This document shows, piece by piece, positions 1 to 10,112 of a stretch of DNA of 47,466 nucleotides; within the stretch, counting starts at the first letter, position 1, and every line of letters starts with the position of its first letter. The notes beneath the pieces were generated by a model. That model was not told where the DNA came from. It saw only the letters and a program-made list of their open reading frames with translations, and searched no databases. The stretch covers positions 1-47,466 of the forward strand of contig JAYUUO010000081.1 of the NCBI GenBank assembly GCA_043754515.1, in the 5' to 3' direction. Source of the stretch: Armatimonadota bacterium. GTDB lineage: Bacteria > Armatimonadota > Armatimonadia > Armatimonadales > Armatimonadaceae. The translations under genes and the position numbers were made by a program.

Positions 1-312
1 AACAGCGGAGCCGTCCGGCCCGACCCAACACCCCGTACCCGTTAGCGTGATCTGGAGGAGCAGGGACGGACGCTTCGGATCGCCCCCGCGCTTCAAACCA
101 TCCCAGCAGTAACCTTCATCCGGGCGGCGTAGTTCGAGTCCTGCTTGAAGGTGCGCGTCCGGCGGGAGCGAGGCGACGCGGGCGTTCGCGGCGAGTCGTT
201 CCCGGAGCACCGAAATGGGAGACGAACCCGGGGCATACTGAGCGCACGTTACCCCCACCGCCTCCGCGTCATCCGCTTCCTCGCAACCGACGCCCTTGCC
301 GCTCACATACAT
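1..312 (-). CDS. Probable AraC-family regulator, N-terminal part (runs off the window start)
   Basis: Manual translation from ATG 312, overlapping the rfaD stop: ...VLRERLAANARVASLPPDAHLQAGLELRRPDEGYCWDGLKRGGDPKRPSLLLQITLTGTG. The Y.WDGLKRG..P..L.Q.TL.G.G pattern resembles AraC cupin domains. Not in the ORF track. Confidence 0.5.
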   Translation of the reverse strand, partial: MYVSGKGVGCEEADDAEAVGVTCAQYAPGSSPISVLRERLAANARVASLPPDAHLQAGLELRRPDEGYCWDGLKRGGDPKRPSLLLQITLTGTGCWVGPDGSAV

Positions 313-1271
313 CGAAGGCCCTGTAACAGGTACCCTTGCACGTAATCAGCGACGGCGGACTCCAGCGTGTAGGCGGGAAGGGGGCAGCCCGTCGCGCGGA
401 GCTTGTCCATCGGGGCCTCGGTGAAATATTGGTACTGGCCGCGCAGGGCGTCCGGCATCTCGATGTACCGGATGTCGGGGGTCTTATCCATCGCCGAAAA
501 CACCGCGTTCCCGAGGGCGTTCCAGGTCCGCGCCGTGCCGGTGCCGACGTTAAATATGCCGCTCACTTCCGGGTTATTTAGTAGCCACCACATCGCGTTA
601 ACGCAGTCTTTGACATAGATGAAGTCGCGCTTCTGCTCGCCATCCGCGTAGTCGGCTCGGTACGATTTGAACAGATTCAACGCCTCCGTGTCGCGGATCT
701 GCTCGAACGCGACCAGCGGCACGGAGCGCATCTTCGCCTTGTGGTACTCGTTCGGCCCGAAAACGTTAAAGAAGCGCAGACCCGCCGTCCGCTCTGAAAT
801 CCCGGTGCGTAGCGCGTGCAGATCAAAGAGCAGTTTCGAGTAACCGTACATGTGGCGCGGGCGCAGGGTCGAAGTGACGGCATCGGCGTCGCTGAATCCG
901 TTCTCGCCGTCGCCGTATGTCGAGCCGGAAGAGGCATACAGGAAGCGGACGCCGCGGTTCGTCGCCCACTCCGCGAGGTCGCGGGTGTAGTGGAAGTTAT
1001 TCGCCATCAGGTAGTCGGCGTCGCGCTCCGTGGTCGCGGAGCAGGCACCCATGTGGATGATGCCGGTGACGTCCTTTAGTGTGTTCGCCCGCACCCGCGC
1101 GATGAACGAGTCTTTGTGCTCGTAGTCGCGGTAGCGGCGCGGCACCAGGTTCTTCCACTTGTCGTCGGTGCCCAGATCGTCCACGACCAGAATATCGTCC
1201 ACGCCGTGTTCGTTCAGTTTCCAGACCATCGCCGAACCGATGAAACCCGCCCCGCCGGTGACTACAATCAT
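303..1271 (-). CDS. rfaD: ADP-L-glycero-D-manno-heptose-6-epimerase
   Basis: MIVVTGGAGFIGS Rossmann motif, HMGACSATTERD, YASS, YGYSK, RFFNVFGPNEYHK, YQYFTEA. Confidence 0.95.
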   Translation of the reverse strand: MIVVTGGAGFIGSAMVWKLNEHGVDDILVVDDLGTDDKWKNLVPRRYRDYEHKDSFIARVRANTLKDVTGIIHMGACSATTERDADYLMANNFHYTRDLAEWATNRGVRFLYASSGSTYGDGENGFSDADAVTSTLRPRHMYGYSKLLFDLHALRTGISERTAGLRFFNVFGPNEYHKAKMRSVPLVAFEQIRDTEALNLFKSYRADYADGEQKRDFIYVKDCVNAMWWLLNNPEVSGIFNVGTGTARTWNALGNAVFSAMDKTPDIRYIEMPDALRGQYQYFTEAPMDKLRATGCPLPAYTLESAVADYVQGYLLQGLRCM

Positions 1272-1296
1272 GGCGGCATTATATCAGGGCGCATAC

Positions 1297-2721
1297 TCAG
1301 GGTGTCGGGCGCGGGCTGCCGACAGGCAGGAGGATCGTACACTCCGCGCGGTGCCGGTCGTTGTCCCAGACTGTGAGGCGGAGCGACGCGACCGTGCCCG
1401 GCTTGGCGGTCGGGCTGATCGCGAGCGTGAAGCCGTCCCCTTTGCAGGGCATCCGCCGCGTCTCGCTTTGCACGACGACGTCCGGCGAGTCGCTCGTCAG
1501 CACCGCCCAGGTCGCCAGAGAGCCGGACGCGAGTTCGGGCCGCAGCGAGACCGTTTCGCCCGGTGCCGCGACGCCTTTCACCTTGTTACGCGCGACGACC
1601 GCGTAGCCGGAGCGGACACGCGGCAGATCCCCCGCCGTATCGAGCAGGAACAGGAGCGGATCGCGCAAGTTGGCGTCGTATTCGGCGCGGATGGCCCGTC
1701 GGCTCGGGTAGTGCTTGCGGAGCAACGCGTCGCCGCCGCCAGTATCCGGCCCGTCCCCAAAATTGCCGTTCAGACCGATTTCGATGTTCATGCCGTACAC
1801 GCCCGCGACGTAATAGGCGTAGGTATACGACAAGCCCGTGTTGCCGGGGCGCGAACCCGGCTTCGGGTCGGCGTCGCTATGGGTCTCGTTCGCGGGGTAC
1901 GGGTGGTCGGTCTGCCGGGCGCGCACCCCATCCGTCAGCGTCTTGTACCGGGCCGCATCGGTGCCGAAGAGGTATACCGGCGTCAGCACCCTGCGGAGCG
2001 GGCTATGTACATCCACGAAGAGGCGCAACTCCCGCGCGTGATCCCGCAGGAATGTGGCGAGCGCGGCGGATTCCGGCTCGGAGAGCGGCGTGGGTCCTTC
2101 GTAGATGTTGCCCGCGTCGTTCGCGGTTGTATCGCGCCAGAGTGCGTCCACGTCGCGGAAGCCGCCCCAGCGCACCGGGAAGTTGCGGTTCAGATCAACG
2201 CCCACGGTGCCGTCCCCGTTATCGTGGCGGTTCTTGCGCCAGTCGCGCCCCGGCCTCGCGGTTTCGTCGTACAATTTGCCGTCCACATTCAGCACCGGGA
2301 CGATATAGACCTGCCGCTCGCGGAGCAGTCGTGTCGCTTGTTCGTCCTTCCCATAGTGCGCACATAGGTAGTCCGCCAGCCAGAGGAGGCAGAGCGGCGG
2401 CTGTTGCTCGCGCGGATGGATGCCGCCGACCAGTAGCACGCCGGGCTTATCGGCTCGAACGGCGGAATCGTCGGAAATGCGATTACCTGACGGCGCGGCA
2501 TCATCGTCGGCGAGGCGGATGAGCAGGATCGGGCGGCCCTGGGCGGTGGTTCCGAGGGTGGATTCGTGAACGAGGCGCGGGAATCGGCGTTTGAGTCGGG
2601 AGAGCGCGGACACGATGTCGGCGTAGCGGGGTGTCTCCGCGCTATTTGCCACGGGTGACGGGGTTGGTGGAACGGGGGCGGGCGCGATAAGGGCGAGTAG
2701 GAGTGGGATCAGAGGAATCAT
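1297..2721 (-). CDS. Secreted M14 zinc carboxypeptidase
   Basis: Signal-like N-terminus; HxxE (GIHPRE), PVLNVDG, WRKNR, GVDLNRNF, SEPES, DVHS. Confidence 0.9.
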   Translation of the reverse strand: MIPLIPLLLALIAPAPVPPTPSPVANSAETPRYADIVSALSRLKRRFPRLVHESTLGTTAQGRPILLIRLADDDAAPSGNRISDDSAVRADKPGVLLVGGIHPREQQPPLCLLWLADYLCAHYGKDEQATRLLRERQVYIVPVLNVDGKLYDETARPGRDWRKNRHDNGDGTVGVDLNRNFPVRWGGFRDVDALWRDTTANDAGNIYEGPTPLSEPESAALATFLRDHARELRLFVDVHSPLRRVLTPVYLFGTDAARYKTLTDGVRARQTDHPYPANETHSDADPKPGSRPGNTGLSYTYAYYVAGVYGMNIEIGLNGNFGDGPDTGGGDALLRKHYPSRRAIRAEYDANLRDPLLFLLDTAGDLPRVRSGYAVVARNKVKGVAAPGETVSLRPELASGSLATWAVLTSDSPDVVVQSETRRMPCKGDGFTLAISPTAKPGTVASLRLTVWDNDRHRAECTILLPVGSPRPTP

Positions 2722-2884
2722 AGGGGTTGCGATGCGATTGTACCGGTTAGGGAGTTGTCGGTCAAATTAACGGGTCGCGGGCAGGCGCGGGGAGATGCGC
2801 TCTTATCGGGGGGGGCGCTCGGGGTTCATGCGGCGGGTGTCGAGCGATCCGGTTTGTGGTCGAGCGGTGAGTTGTTCCTGGAGA

Positions 2885-2945
2885 GAGGGGGCAATGAATT
2901 GTTCCCGTTCGCGAGCCGCGAACAGGAACAATTCATTGCCCCCTC
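2885..2945. repeat. 29-bp inverted repeat, REP/REPIN-like hairpin
   Basis: Arms 2885-2913 (GAGGGGGCAATGAATTGTTCCCGTTCGCG) and 2917-2945 are complementary at 28/29 positions; 3-nt loop AGC. Confidence 0.85.
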
Positions 2946-4062
2946 CCACTGATCCAACGCCTGCTCTCTGCGCGATCTGTGCCCCCGAACTGAATCACCG
3001 TGCCGCTCTTGGAGTCGGTGCCGCCCACGGTCAGCGTGAACCCCGCGCCGTCCGGCGTCGCGGTGAGCCGGTGATTCCCGGCGCGGCCGTGGTCGGCACC
3101 GCGAACCTGACCCCGTATGCCGCCGTCAACTCCTCCCGGAGTGACTGTTTGATGGTGATTGAGGTCCCACGAAATCCGCCCCCCACCTCGTCCTCGGTGT
3201 CGGTGCCGTCCGTGTTAAATCGTCCTAGATTGGAGTTGACCAGCTCATACGCGCCGTTCTGTTTCCCGCCCAGGATCAGGACGTACTCGGATCGTTTCCT
3301 TAGCTCCGCGCAGTCCCCGATGCGCGTCTTGTACCAGCCCGACGCCCCGTACTGTAGGAGGCCGACACCTTCCGAGAACCGGATTGTGCTCCCGGCGGTG
3401 ATGCCAGCCGAGCCGGACCAGAGCACGCGACTGACGACGAGGTTGCCTTCCGCCCATTGACGTTCGGGGTACATGTTCGGGCCGGGGTCGGGCGGCTCTT
3501 GCTCCAGCCACGTGACGAAATGGTCGCGGGCGACGAAACTCTGCGTAGGCTTCCCGACGACGATGGCCACAATATCCGGGTCCGCCAGTATGTCATCCAG
3601 CGAGTAGAGGTATGCGATGCAGTCGGTTATGCTTCCCCCCTTTATTCGGGACGCGCCCAGGTTGGCGGGAGGGATAATTCTAACGACCCCGGACTTTGTC
3701 CCGACCAGGCTTTTTCCGAACACATGCTGACATTTGGTCTTGACCGTCTTCTTCGAGGGAACTATTTTCCTACCGGCGCAGAAGCCGTGGTGACACATCG
3801 CGAGCGATAGCATCACGGAGAGTGCGAGATTTAAAAAGGCAGGTAAGCACCCGATGAAACGCTTCTTATTGCCACGCTGTCGCAAGTAACAGCCGGAGTT
3901 GGCGGATAAAAAAAGGTTCGTGCTAGCGATCATGGCAAGAACCATCATACCAGCCCGACCGTGTTTTGAAAATCGGGTATTCGCCGGGATATTTTCGATG
4001 CTTCTAGTTCGGGGGAACCACTCGCGCCTCAATGTAGGCTTTGAAGCGCGAAAAACTGCCAC
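2933..4062 (-). pseudogene. Hypothetical exported protein with a frameshifted, truncated IPT/TIG-like tail
   Basis: ORF 3031-4062 (start uncertain) ends ...AAPGITG. A shifted frame from 3067 continues LTATPDGAGFTLTVGGTDSKSGTVIQFGGTDR and stops at 2933, inside the hairpin. Confidence 0.5.
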
Positions 4063-4124
4063 GGGCTACTAAGCCGATATAGTGAACAGAAGTGCCACGG
4101 CAGAACCACTTCGGGAGGTACTCT

Positions 4125-5300
4125 TTGAACTCAACTCATGAATTCGCAAGCGAGAAGCGGCTCCCCACGACGGAATCTGTGCTATCCCCTTCGGGGCGAA
4201 CGGAGGGCGGTGGCGTGATCGAGACGGGGCGGCGGTTGCGCTCGGAAGTTCGGGAGGAACTCGACGGTTTATCTAGCTTCTACAAGTCAAACTACCACGC
4301 ATGTTATGTCGAGGACGATGCCGACCATGACGACGTTGAGAGTATAGCGCGGATCATGCTTTACGCCTTCCGCTCGCTCACATTGGACGGCGAAGCGCGG
4401 CATGTGGTCGGCGACTTCCACTACGAGCGCGCGGCGCGGATGATCGAGCCTTACGACGAGATCGGCTCCATTCTGGATCACTTGTCCGATAATGGGTTAA
4501 AGAATAGCTCGCGGATGAATATTGAGCAGGTTTTGCGCGGGGAGCAAGTGGCACCGGACGATTTCGCAGTCGGTGAGGAAGGAAAGTTTGATCTGTTGGT
4601 GGTGTATTTGTGGTGCAAAGTGGCTGAAAGCTTGATTAGTATCGCTCTCTATGACAGAGCGGAACCGGTGGCCGCGATCGCGGCAAAGTGGCTCGCCACA
4701 CTCCCGTCTGAAATGGGGGTGCGACGCGGGGAGCTTGCGATGCTGGTCGCGACCACATCCGCGGCGGTAGGGCGATTCGACGCGGCAGTCGGGATAGCCG
4801 AACGCGCTGGATTCGCTAGTTTTCAAATGGCCCCGATCCATCTGGCATTCGCGCGGTATTGCGCACGAAACGGACGACTCGGCGATGCAATTCGATATGC
4901 CCTGGGAAACTCTTCTTCCAGGGAGGGGATTCTGGAATGGTTCGCGCGTCTGGGCAATCAGGAGCCGATAATCCTCATTGCCAGAGAAGTGGGCGAGGCA
5001 GGGCGCGTGATAGAGGCCTTCGCGTTGCTGGCTCTGATCTGGAAACAGGCGAAGGAAGAGCCTTACGGCAGACGACGCGTGTTGCCGCTACTGATCCAGC
5101 CGCTGGCGCGAATGGGCTTCGCGAGAGAGGCGTTGGAAGTGTTCGCGGATGTTCGCGCGATAGAGCTACGCCCCGACGACAACGACGCCTACTACTGGGA
5201 GATGAGTCGGAGTCGCGCGGTGGGATGGGCAATAAGGGAGTTGGCCGAGGCCGGAATTGCCTTTGAAGAAGCCACTGTCGTCGCACTGGCGGATACATGA
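4125..5300 (+). CDS. Hypothetical alpha-helical (TPR-like) protein, paralog A
   Basis: Long ORF; TTG start after GGGAGG; aligns by eye with the next ORF (TGRRLR.EVRE.LDG, EW.ARL.N, GR..EAFALL.L.W.Q, VLP.LI.P). Confidence 0.75.
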   Translation: MNSTHEFASEKRLPTTESVLSPSGRTEGGGVIETGRRLRSEVREELDGLSSFYKSNYHACYVEDDADHDDVESIARIMLYAFRSLTLDGEARHVVGDFHYERAARMIEPYDEIGSILDHLSDNGLKNSSRMNIEQVLRGEQVAPDDFAVGEEGKFDLLVVYLWCKVAESLISIALYDRAEPVAAIAAKWLATLPSEMGVRRGELAMLVATTSAAVGRFDAAVGIAERAGFASFQMAPIHLAFARYCARNGRLGDAIRYALGNSSSREGILEWFARLGNQEPIILIAREVGEAGRVIEAFALLALIWKQAKEEPYGRRRVLPLLIQPLARMGFAREALEVFADVRAIELRPDDNDAYYWEMSRSRAVGWAIRELAEAGIAFEEATVVALADT

Positions 5301-5588
5301 CGTCCCGACACATGTTGGCAGGCAATAAAAACGCTGGGATCGAATGGTGACTCCTTTGCGGTAAAGACATTATGGCGACTCCTATGCGGACCGTGCCGAT
5401 CAATACGGGCAGTGACGCTTCGACGAAACTGCCTCAGGAAGTGTCTATGAACCCAATACCCGAACCCGACAAAAATGCGCACCCCACGACGGAGCACGCG
5501 CCGGTGCCTACGGGGGAAGTGGAGAGCACAGGTGACGAGGCGGCCGCGACGCAGACGGGGCGGCGGTTGCGCCCGGAAGTTCGGGAGG
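4222..5588 (+). repeat. 36-bp direct repeat (4222-4257 and 5553-5588)
   Basis: AGACGGGGCGGCGGTTGCGC[T/C]CGGAAGTTCGGGAGG, 35/36 identical. Confidence 0.9.
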
Positions 5589-6583
5589 CGTTGGACGGCA
5601 TCGTTGACTACTTCCAGGCAGAGAAGGAGTGGGACTACTTAGACGCGGAGCGTATTTTAGTCTCAGCACATCATTGGCTCGGTTTAGACCATGAGACAGA
5701 GCAAATCCTCGGTGCCGACTTCGCGTGGCTCGCCGATAGGTTCGCTACGCGGCGCGATGACGCCGCGGAATTGGCGATGCGACTACGGCAACACGGCGCG
5801 GAGGAACAACTCGTGGACGAGATCGAGATGGTTCTAGATGGGGTGGAGAACCTTCCCTATTCCGCTAGCCTCGTTTGGTCGTCGGGTACTCGCCCTGAGC
5901 TATTCCGTTATATCGCAATCGCGGCTATGAGCTTGGCCGCGCTAAACCATTATCCTCTTGCGGAACGAGCTACGTCCAGCGCCGCTGACTTGCTTGGGGC
6001 ACTGCCGTCGGATGTGGGCCAGTCGCAGCGGCATCAAGTAGCGTTGCAACTGGCTACGATGTGGGCGAGATTGGGAAAGTTGAACGAGGCGTACAAACTA
6101 GCCGACACTTACCGGATTCGGGAGTGGCAACACTCCCCCATCTATAAGGCATATGCCTACCACGCCGCGCAGAATAGTAATTTCGCCGAAGCCCTGTACT
6201 ACGCGAGGAAAAACTTCGGACTGGGTGAGGAGCGGACAGAGTGGCTCGCACGCCTTTGTAATCGCGATCTGTTGATGTATATAGCAGTACAATGCGCGCG
6301 GGCCGGGAGACAGACCGAGGCGTTCGCGCTACTCGTACTCCTCTGGAGACAGGTACAGAGTCACATTCTCCCGCGCTATGTTTTGCCTGAATTGATCAAA
6401 CCGATGTTTCAGGCTGGTTTCAAGAGGGAGGCAGACGAGATTCTGCGCGAGGTGCTCGCTTTGCACAAGCCACCCTACGAGGATGAGGACGCGGCCCGAT
6501 CCGTTGACGGCATTTTCTATCACATTGAGGACACGGGGCTTGCCTACGAAGAAGACCCCCCCCCCGCGCCGCCGGACGCGTGA
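5447..6583 (+). CDS. Hypothetical alpha-helical (TPR-like) protein, paralog B
   Basis: Long ORF; ATG 5447 after AGGAAG matches the start position of paralog A. Confidence 0.75.
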   Translation: MNPIPEPDKNAHPTTEHAPVPTGEVESTGDEAAATQTGRRLRPEVREALDGIVDYFQAEKEWDYLDAERILVSAHHWLGLDHETEQILGADFAWLADRFATRRDDAAELAMRLRQHGAEEQLVDEIEMVLDGVENLPYSASLVWSSGTRPELFRYIAIAAMSLAALNHYPLAERATSSAADLLGALPSDVGQSQRHQVALQLATMWARLGKLNEAYKLADTYRIREWQHSPIYKAYAYHAAQNSNFAEALYYARKNFGLGEERTEWLARLCNRDLLMYIAVQCARAGRQTEAFALLVLLWRQVQSHILPRYVLPELIKPMFQAGFKREADEILREVLALHKPPYEDEDAARSVDGIFYHIEDTGLAYEEDPPPAPPDA

Positions 6584-6604
6584 CAATCTCGCACTGACAA
6601 CACA

Positions 6605-7099
6605 ATGGCAAAGAACTATCTCAGAAAGATCGTAGTTGACGGGGAAGTTTACCTCTGGTATCGTGTCCATCGGCATCACGAGAACAACCTTGTCACGACT
6701 TGCGTAGAAATATTAACAGTTTTCCGACAAACCTCTAGAAAGAACCCGCTACGGATTCGCTTCAGACGTGACGATAATTTGAAGCGGCTCGACAAAACCG
6801 ACTCATGGGTAGTCGGCTATCCAGAAGATGGCATCCTCTGGATATGTGGTACGAACCGGAATTGCGTCTTCAAATTGAATTTGAATCGTCCCAAAGTCGT
6901 CGCGGAACTGATCCGACTGGCGCACGCCACCGTCTGGAACGAGGGAAGAGCGACAACGGTTGACAACGGCTTGCAGTTCTTGGACGAGCATATCTCCGAA
7001 CTGCGTCAGGCGATTGACCCCGACGGATTAGACGCGATTCCGGATCCAGATAACTTCTCCGTGCAGATGGGCGTGATCTACCGGGACGAAGGCCGATAG
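6605..7099 (+). CDS. Hypothetical protein
   Basis: 164-aa ATG ORF filling the gap between paralog B and the convergent polB stop. Confidence 0.65.
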   Translation: MAKNYLRKIVVDGEVYLWYRVHRHHENNLVTTCVEILTVFRQTSRKNPLRIRFRRDDNLKRLDKTDSWVVGYPEDGILWICGTNRNCVFKLNLNRPKVVAELIRLAHATVWNEGRATTVDNGLQFLDEHISELRQAIDPDGLDAIPDPDNFSVQMGVIYRDEGR

Positions 7100-7112
7100 T
7101 TTTCGTTGTCGC

Positions 7113-9386
7113 TTACAGCTCGAACAGCGTCATCTGATGCTTCGCATCCTCTTTCGCCTTGCGTTTCGCGCCCGTCAGCGGCTTGGGGAACAGGCGGTCG
7201 AAGACGTCTTCGCCGATGCCCGCCTTCAATCGCTCGGCGAACTTGTAGAGCTTGGTCTGGTAGTACTCGATGTCCTCGTCCCGGTCGTATTCGGAGGCCA
7301 GCGCGAGCGACTTGTCCTCGCGCTGGTATAGAGTCGCGTAGTCGCCGACCTGCAAGCCCTTCATCGCCTCCGCGTTGCGCTTTCGCGCCTCCGACTTGAA
7401 CGTGTTCTCCGTTACCCGCTCGCGCCGTGCGATCTCCTCAATGCCGAGTTCGCGGTTCTCGATCTTGTCCAGTATCTCGCTGTAGCACTCGGCCAGTGCC
7501 TCCTTATTCTCGGCGAGTAGCAGGTCAATCGCGGCGTTCATGAAGCGACGCCCGAACTTCTCGTCCGCGCGGGATCGGAGCGACGAGCCTTTGTAGACCT
7601 TCTTGCCGTCGTAGCCGACCAGAACATAATTTTTCGCCTTGAGCGACAGCATCACCGCGTAGCGGCCGTCGAACGCCAGCCGGATACCATCCGGCAGGGT
7701 TGTGCCGATGCGCCCGATGAACGCCTCGTCCGAGTCCGGCGCGCTCCCCTCCGGCATCTGGAAGTACACGCCGTCGGTATCAATCTCGATCACCGTCGCG
7801 CCCTGCGTTTCGAGTTCGGCGGCGATCTGCTTCACGATCTCCTGCCCGATCTCGGTCACCTTCGCAGCGGCGACGTAGTCGTTGAAATGAAACGGCGCGC
7901 CGAGATACCCGTAGAACGAGTTGATGAGCAGTTTGTACGAGTTCTGCAAGCCATCCCAGTACGACGCGGCTTTGATATTCTTCTTGTCGGCGTACTTCTT
8001 CGCGAGATTCTTGCCTGTGATGCGCCGCTTCTTCAGTTCGTCAAGGAGCGGCAGGAACAGGTACAGCGTGTCGGTCGAGGACGTAACCCGGTTCGTGAGC
8101 ATGATGCTCGGATACAGCGATTCAACGTCGGCTTTCACTATGTTTCGGAGCAACCCGGTAACGCGTATTTCGGTGTAGCCGCCCGCGTAGGGCACGGGTG
8201 CCGACCGACGCGCGACCGCCTGCCCGCGCGCCAGATACGCCCGCACGAACAGCGAGTTGATCTTCTCGCCGCTCCCGGTCACGCAAACGTTCTGGTACGA
8301 GTCCGGCACCATCTGCGTCTGGTAAAACTCGGTGGGGCAAACGACCTCCGCGAGCCGTCGCGTCTCGCGCACGTCACCGAGCGCGTACCTTCGCACGAGA
8401 TCCGGGTCGGCTTTCCATGTTTCCAGAATCACAGAACGATCTAAAATCACCCGGTCTGGCTCGGAGATGTGGTACGTCGCCGCGCACTCCTTCAAGCCGT
8501 ATGACCCGATTTCGCCCCGCGCGACATCGAAGCGTTGCGTCGCGAGTAGCGTATCCACCACGTGCCGTCCCCAGACGTAGTGCGGCACGAACGGGCGTGT
8601 GTTCGCCCCGATCGCGCAGTTACGCTCGTTCCCGGTCGCCATCTCGGAGCCGTCGCGCCCCCAGTTCAGCGTCACTTTGAGTGCCTTCGCCCGCGTCCGA
8701 ATCCACGGCAGATCGAAGGCGATCAGGTTGTGCCCCTCGATCACGTCCGGGTTCCAATCGGCGATCAGGTCACCGAGGTGTTGGAGCATCTCGCGCTCGT
8801 TGCCGACCAAGACTTCCTCGTGCCCCCGGTTGTCGGACGCGACGATCATGAAGATGCACGCACCCGGCGCGACCGGCGACAACTCCGACGTCTCGATGTC
8901 CACCTGCATCCGGCGGACGTCGGGGAACGCCATGCCTTTGAAAAGCGTCACGCCCGCACCGACCATGTAATTCTTGATCGCGGAGCCGTAGTCGAGGTTA
9001 TCGCGCCGCTCGTCGCGCAGGATGCGCCGGCCCTCCAGGAACGCCTTCCAGTGGTCGAAATAGACCAGGTGCTTGTAGCCGTTCGTGCCCTCCAGCACCC
9101 GCGCCGCGTGGACATCGGGGAGCGGGCGCTCGTCCTTCATGATCAGCCACGGGTAGAATGGCACCGTCTCCAAAACGGTGTCTTCGGTGTCTTTAGGACG
9201 CGTGAACAAAGTCGCGGTCGGGGGGGTAGCGCGGGTGTCGGTCTCCACGGCGACGATGCGCTGGCGGCTATCGGTGCCATATAGCGCGGCATCCAGATCG
9301 CGCTTGGTCGGGACGGGATGGCCAGCGTCGGGCGTCAAGGCGGTGGGTTCGGGGAAGTCGGCGGGTTCGGTTTGCACGGCTTGCAT
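7113..9386 (-). CDS. polB: Family B DNA polymerase with 3'-5' exonuclease
   Basis: ExoI VDIET, ExoII GHNLIAFDLPW, ExoIII YALGD; polymerase motifs DVESLYPS, KLLINSFYG, IDTDG. Likely start ATG 9386 (MQAVQ); the ORF extension to 9971 overlaps + strand genes. Confidence 0.93.
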   Translation of the reverse strand: MQAVQTEPADFPEPTALTPDAGHPVPTKRDLDAALYGTDSRQRIVAVETDTRATPPTATLFTRPKDTEDTVLETVPFYPWLIMKDERPLPDVHAARVLEGTNGYKHLVYFDHWKAFLEGRRILRDERRDNLDYGSAIKNYMVGAGVTLFKGMAFPDVRRMQVDIETSELSPVAPGACIFMIVASDNRGHEEVLVGNEREMLQHLGDLIADWNPDVIEGHNLIAFDLPWIRTRAKALKVTLNWGRDGSEMATGNERNCAIGANTRPFVPHYVWGRHVVDTLLATQRFDVARGEIGSYGLKECAATYHISEPDRVILDRSVILETWKADPDLVRRYALGDVRETRRLAEVVCPTEFYQTQMVPDSYQNVCVTGSGEKINSLFVRAYLARGQAVARRSAPVPYAGGYTEIRVTGLLRNIVKADVESLYPSIMLTNRVTSSTDTLYLFLPLLDELKKRRITGKNLAKKYADKKNIKAASYWDGLQNSYKLLINSFYGYLGAPFHFNDYVAAAKVTEIGQEIVKQIAAELETQGATVIEIDTDGVYFQMPEGSAPDSDEAFIGRIGTTLPDGIRLAFDGRYAVMLSLKAKNYVLVGYDGKKVYKGSSLRSRADEKFGRRFMNAAIDLLLAENKEALAECYSEILDKIENRELGIEEIARRERVTENTFKSEARKRNAEAMKGLQVGDYATLYQREDKSLALASEYDRDEDIEYYQTKLYKFAERLKAGIGEDVFDRLFPKPLTGAKRKAKEDAKHQMTLFEL

Positions 9387-9450
9387 TGTACCGCGCCGGG
9401 GGTTCGGCTGGGATATACTACAAGCGACAGTTGGAAAGGAACCCGATCCG

Positions 9451-9791
9451 ATGACCTGGGAGCAGATTCGTACGACGTACCCCGACCGATGGGTGCTGAT
9501 GGAAGTCGCTGAAGTCGCACGTCGAAGGCGACCGGTGTCTACGAGGAGTTGAGCGTGCTTGACACCGTGGATGAGAACGCCGACATTTTTCCGCGCTACA
9601 GAGATTATGAGAAGCGGTTCCCGGAGCGGGAGATTCTGTTTATACACGGCTCCCGCGTTGATCCCGATGTTCGCGTCATCAACCGCTTCGGCGCGAAGGT
9701 ATGCCGTGACTGCGATTGGGATACACGGCGGGTTGCCGTTCGTGACGCTGGACGTTTCGCAAGGTGGAGCTACCGTTACCTTGCAAAATAG
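9451..9791 (+). pseudogene. Frameshifted small protein of the type usually paired with a retropepsin-like protease
   Basis: MTWEQIRTTYPDRWVLME (from 9451) and VYEELSVLDT...REILFIHGSR lie in different frames; shift(s) at ~9505-9540. Confidence 0.6.
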
Positions 9792-10089
9792 GTTACTCGC
9801 CACCGGCTGTTCGCGGACGATTTTCGCGACAGACAGCGTCTCGGGTGTCGGAGTCGTGCCGGACGCGGACGCCGGTCTGCGCCGGATGGTCGGCAGCGAC
9901 GGCGTGGAGCGGGTAGTAGAAGCACAAGCCGACGCCGTTATTATGGACGGTATCCGCGTGGAAAACATCACGGTCCAACTCGGGACCCTTGACTACGGCG
10001 TCGCCATAGATGGAATCGTTGGCCTCGACTTGCTCCACGCGACACGCGCGACGATTGATCTTGACATGCTCGAACTGCGCGCGAAATAA
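9706..10089 (+). CDS. Retropepsin-like aspartic protease, catalytic Asp apparently lost
   Basis: GLPFVTL, LLATGCSRTIF (expected LLDTG), DYGVAIDGIVGLDLL; GTG start at 9706. Confidence 0.75.
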   Translation: MTAIGIHGGLPFVTLDVSQGGATVTLQNRLLATGCSRTIFATDSVSGVGVVPDADAGLRRMVGSDGVERVVEAQADAVIMDGIRVENITVQLGTLDYGVAIDGIVGLDLLHATRATIDLDMLELRAK

Positions 10090-10112
10090 TGTGCGTCTAG
10101 GAACGCCCCGAC

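Noticed and set aside
1159..2522. Long + strand ORFs (402 and 319 aa) and similar shadow ORFs across the GC-rich genes
   Set aside because: Antisense shadows of well-supported genes with Arg/Pro-rich composition and no motifs.
9387..9971. 195-aa N-terminal extension of PolB in the ORF track
   Set aside because: It is antisense to recognisable + strand genes and has no polymerase-like features.
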